This document shows, one piece after another, positions 60,700-64,000 of a DNA stretch of 64,000 nucleotides. Both the position numbers and the translations under genes were made by a program. Positions within the stretch are counted from its first letter, which is position 1. Each line of letters opens with the position of its first letter. Under the pieces are notes generated by a model, which searched no databases, was not told the DNA's origin, and saw only the letters and a program-made list of their open reading frames with translations. The stretch comes from Coraliomargaritaceae bacterium (GTDB lineage: Bacteria > Verrucomicrobiota > Verrucomicrobiia > Opitutales > Coraliomargaritaceae): the NCBI GenBank assembly GCA_965656495.1, contig CBFHKU010000001.1, forward strand, positions 242,781 through 306,780, written 5' to 3'.

Positions 60700-61656
60700 T
60701 TATAGAAATGGAGCGAGGGCGTTCAAAAGATAGCCGGTAAAGATGATGGCAAGGGTCGTGATCCCGAAATAGAGCGCGATGAGTTGGAGGCGCATGGTGC
60801 GCCGCAGCATGATGGCCTCCGGAAGGCTGAGGGCGGCCATTGCCATCATGAAGGCGAGAGCGGTGCCGAGGGGGATGCCCTTCTGGAAGAGAACCACTGC
60901 GACCGGCACGATTGCGGCGCAACTGCCATACATCGGCACGCCCAGAGTGGTGGCGAGTGGAACGGAGAAAATTCCGGTGGTTTCAATGAGGGCATGAATG
61001 GTCTCCTGCGGGACGTAATTATGAATGAAGGCGCCGATGCCAACGCCCACGATGACCCACAGCCAGATTTGACGGATGACGCTGATGGATTCGTCGATTC
61101 CGTAGCGGAGACGCAAGAGGAAGTTGAATTGTGTTGGTTGGGATTCGTTTTGGTTAGACTGGATAAAATCGCGCTCGAGGAGGTGGCGGAGTTTCATTTT
61201 CCCAAGGATCGCGCCCGCGGCGGTACCAATGAAAAGCCCGCTGGCGACGTAGGCGAGGGTCACGGGAATTCCGAATTCACCCGCCATGAGGATAACGAGG
61301 TATTCGTTGATGATGGGGGAGGTGATGAGGAAGGAGAAGGTCACACCAAGGGGGACACCGGCCTTTAGGAGGCTGATGAATATGGGGACGGAGGAGCAGG
61401 AACAAAAGGGGGTGATCGCACCGAAAAGAGCGGCGACGAGGTTGCCCCAGATGCCGCCCCGGTTCATCCATTCGCGGAGACGTTGCTCGGGCAACCAGGT
61501 GCGGAGCACCCCGATTGCGAAGATCATGACCGCCAGAAGCAGGAAGATCTTGAGGGTGTCGTAGACAAAGAAATGGAGGGCCGCGCCGAATTTTGTATCG
61601 GGATCGAGGCCTGCCAGATCATAGACCAGACGGTTGGCAGTTGCTTCTAACAACAC
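60700..61656 (-). CDS. ArsP/DUF318 permease
   Basis: [27 protein letters not shown]. Confidence 0.9.
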   Translation of the reverse strand: MLLEATANRLVYDLAGLDPDTKFGAALHFFVYDTLKIFLLLAVMIFAIGVLRTWLPEQRLREWMNRGGIWGNLVAALFGAITPFCSCSSVPIFISLLKAGVPLGVTFSFLITSPIINEYLVILMAGEFGIPVTLAYVASGLFIGTAAGAILGKMKLRHLLERDFIQSNQNESQPTQFNFLLRLRYGIDESISVIRQIWLWVIVGVGIGAFIHNYVPQETIHALIETTGIFSVPLATTLGVPMYGSCAAIVPVAVVLFQKGIPLGTALAFMMAMAALSLPEAIMLRRTMRLQLIALYFGITTLAIIFTGYLLNALAPFL

Positions 61657-61838
61657 TTGCCTCCCTTGCCATCGCCTTGATCGCCGGAGCAGCAGGCGTT
61701 GTCGGACTGCGCCTCGGCCTTGGCTTTCATGGCATCATCCATCTTTGTGAAGATGCGCTTGAAGAAGCCTTCAGGTTTTGGGTTTTGGGAAGCATCGCTT
61801 GGTTTTGCTTCGTGGGTAGGTTCTTTGTTTTCGCTCAT
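61647..61838 (-). CDS. Small protein with two CC pairs
   Basis: 63 aa, inside the ars operon; ACCS and C-terminal KCC. Confidence 0.7.
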   Translation of the reverse strand: MSENKEPTHEAKPSDASQNPKPEGFFKRIFTKMDDAMKAKAEAQSDNACCSGDQGDGKGGKCC

Positions 61839-61855
61839 GGTAAATCGGTTATTTA

Positions 61856-62236
61856 TTAGCTACAGAGGGCTGCAATGAGGTTCTCAGGGCAGGCGGATTT
61901 GGGAGTAGCGAGCTGTTTGAGGAGCTGGGCGCGGGCGCGTTGGTCGGTCTTTAGTTGGCGTCCAGAGGGGTCTTTGGCACTGCGGAGGTGCTCTAAATTC
62001 GTCAGGAGCAATTCGGAGCTTGGTTGGGCAAGGCGGTAGATCATCCAGGTGCCGCGCCGTTCTGCTTCAACCAGCCCTGCGGTTTTGAGGTAGGCCAGTT
62101 GCTTGGAAATTTTTACCTGCGGGGCATCCAGGAGGGTTTGCAGGTGGCAGACGCAAAGGGGGCTTTCTTCCAGAAGATTGAGCAGGCGCACCCGTTGTGG
62201 GTCCGCGAGACATTTGTAGATTTCAGACGTTTGCAC
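61856..62236 (-). CDS. arsR: ArsR/SmtB regulator
   Basis: LADPQRVR, LCVCHL, ISKQL.YLK.AGLV. Confidence 0.92.
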   Translation of the reverse strand: MQTSEIYKCLADPQRVRLLNLLEESPLCVCHLQTLLDAPQVKISKQLAYLKTAGLVEAERRGTWMIYRLAQPSSELLLTNLEHLRSAKDPSGRQLKTDQRARAQLLKQLATPKSACPENLIAALCS

Positions 62237-62244
62237 GGAGACAA

Positions 62245-62266
62245 TATATTCCGATTTTGGAATATA
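62245..62266. promoter_or_regulatory. Putative ArsR operator
   Basis: Inverted repeat TATATTCC-N6-GGAATATA between TTGACT and the arsR start. Confidence 0.7.
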
Positions 62267-62285
62267 CAGTCAAGGGTATATAGTG

Positions 62286-63542
62286 CTAAGAGGAAATCCG
62301 GAGGTAGATATAGCCGAGTGCCATGAGGGTAAAGAAGAGGAGACCGCTGGCACTGAGGATATTGAGGATGGGGCCGGGTCGGTGCTCAGGTGGGACGTTT
62401 TTACCGCGCATGACGCTCCAATTAATCGCGGCGAGGATGGGGGAGGTGAGGAAGGAGACAATCGCGGCAAAACTGAGGAGGGTGAGAAGGTTTTTGACGC
62501 AAAAGAGAACGATGAGGGCCGCGCCGGCGCAGCAGAGGAGGAGCCAGAGGGTTTGGAGGGATCGAAGGCGATTTTTTTGGGTGGGGGCGACAAGGGTACA
62601 GGCGGCGGCGAGGGAGCGGGGGTAACCGTCAATGCAGGTCAGGCTGGTACTGAACATGGTGGCAAAGGCGGCACCGAGGATGAGCCAACGGGACCATTCG
62701 CCGATGGTCTCGGTATAGAGGGTGACCAGTTGCTGGGAGAATGCCACGCCGCCGGTGGCAAGGGGTTGAGTGCTGCCAAAAAGGACAAGGGCACCCAGCG
62801 CTAGAAAACAAACTGCGAGCACGGTGGTCATGCCGTAGCCTAGGAAAAAATCGAATTGGGCTTCGCGAACGGTGGCGGGATGCCCGGTTTGTTTTTCACG
62901 ACTGAACATCCAAAGGGAGGACCAGACGGAGAGGTCGACCGGGGCGGGCATCCATCCGAGGAGGCTGATGAGAAATGCGAAGCTGGCCCAAGTGTAGGGA
63001 TTGGGCGCGGTTTGGATAGCGGCGGTTTCGGGTTGGTTCAGAAATGCGAGGAATACGGCGGCAAAGGTACCGAGGGCGAGCAGGAAGATGAGGGTTTTAG
63101 CGAGGCCGTCGAGGAGGCGGTAGTGACCCAGAAGGATAAGGGCGAGGCAAAGGGCGATGACGCCGAGGGTAAGGGTGGAGACGCTCAGCGCAATGCCGCA
63201 CCCGGCGAGGAGGGCCCCCGCGAGCATACTGACGGCGGCGATGTTGATGGTGCCGGTAAGGATGTTGATGCCGAGAAAGACCCACACACAGGCGGGGCTT
63301 TTACGGTAGTAGCCGTCGAGAAGGCTTTCACCGGTCGCGGCGGCGTAGCGTTGCCCATAGAGGAAGAAGGGCATTTTGAGGAGATTGGCAGCGAGGATGA
63401 GCCAGAGGAGCGTCCAGCCGAACTCGGCACCGGCACGGGTGGACCAGACGAGGTGCGAACCGCCAATCGCGGCACAGGCGACAAGGAGGCCCGGGCCGAG
63501 GGCTTTGCGCAGATTAGAGGTAACAGGGGTCTTTTTTTCCAC
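62286..63542 (-). CDS. NRAMP-like divalent metal transporter
   Basis: LGPGLL..AAIGGSHLV.STRAGA, GESLL.GY, GWMPAP, DGYPR. Confidence 0.82.
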   Translation of the reverse strand: MEKKTPVTSNLRKALGPGLLVACAAIGGSHLVWSTRAGAEFGWTLLWLILAANLLKMPFFLYGQRYAAATGESLLDGYYRKSPACVWVFLGINILTGTINIAAVSMLAGALLAGCGIALSVSTLTLGVIALCLALILLGHYRLLDGLAKTLIFLLALGTFAAVFLAFLNQPETAAIQTAPNPYTWASFAFLISLLGWMPAPVDLSVWSSLWMFSREKQTGHPATVREAQFDFFLGYGMTTVLAVCFLALGALVLFGSTQPLATGGVAFSQQLVTLYTETIGEWSRWLILGAAFATMFSTSLTCIDGYPRSLAAACTLVAPTQKNRLRSLQTLWLLLCCAGAALIVLFCVKNLLTLLSFAAIVSFLTSPILAAINWSVMRGKNVPPEHRPGPILNILSASGLLFFTLMALGYIYLRISS

Positions 63543-63562
63543 TGGGGATTACGTTTTGAGTT

Positions 63563-64000
63563 TTAGACAAGTTCGGCAATGGAGCCAAAATCGGCATGGA
63601 AGAGTCGTTTGTAAGTGCGGACTGCTTGCCCGTCGGTCAGGCCGGCTAGGTAATCGCAGAGGCGGCGTTTACGTGCCTTGGGATTGGTTTCGGCATCGAG
63701 GAGGGCCTGAACCGGAGCGGGTAATATATTGAGGCCGGACTTCCCGTTTTGTAGGCATTGCGCCTCCAGGGCACGGTAGGTTTTTTCGAGGATGTGACCG
63801 CCCTTGAATTCGATTTGCTGAAGTTGGGTGGAGCGAAAGATGAGGTCGAGGGCAAGGGATTTGTAGAGTTTGCTCTCAGTGACGACTTCCGGGTCGATTT
63901 CCAATTGGAGGGCGTGGCGATTGGTTTGCTCGCTAAGGGTGCCGCTGCGCGGGGTGAGGGAACAGGCATGAACGAAATGACCGATGCGGGCTCCGAAGTA
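63563..64000 (-). CDS. dGTP triphosphohydrolase-like protein, C-terminal part (truncated by window)
   Basis: Open frame to the window edge; [25 protein letters not shown]. Confidence 0.75.
   Translation of the reverse strand, partial: YFGARIGHFVHACSLTPRSGTLSEQTNRHALQLEIDPEVVTESKLYKSLALDLIFRSTQLQQIEFKGGHILEKTYRALEAQCLQNGKSGLNILPAPVQALLDAETNPKARKRRLCDYLAGLTDGQAVRTYKRLFHADFGSIAELV

Overview
Chromosomal segment of a Verrucomicrobia-like bacterium (probably Opitutae; inferred from gene order and the microcompartment locus). Contents in order: the 3' end of fusA plus the S10-spc-alpha ribosomal protein cluster (1-16.5 kb), with an extra secreted-protein gene between rpsS and rplV; a Planctomycetes/Verrucomicrobia-type (PV) bacterial microcompartment (BMC) locus for fucose/rhamnose catabolism, bracketed by mqo and mdh (16.9-28.3 kb); a repeat-rich zone (28.3-32.4 kb); a CzcCBA-type efflux operon with an RGPP leader ORF; a sigma54 porin; photolyase, fabZ/fabI and oleAB genes; housekeeping genes; a tRNA(CAT); and an ars operon. 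Best leads: (1) a dif-like XerCD site at 30741-30768 lying at a GC-skew switch whose polarity is opposite to a typical terminus, with repeat arrays mirrored around it; (2) a sigma54-promoter/terminator-bounded sRNA candidate; (3) two paralogous BrnT-like toxin modules with an unrecognised partner; (4) a possible MDH/MQO redox shuttle for the BMC; (5) an arrest-peptide-like metal leader; (6) SecY with an extra C-terminal hydrophobic helix. All calls are by eye from sequence motifs; no searches were run.
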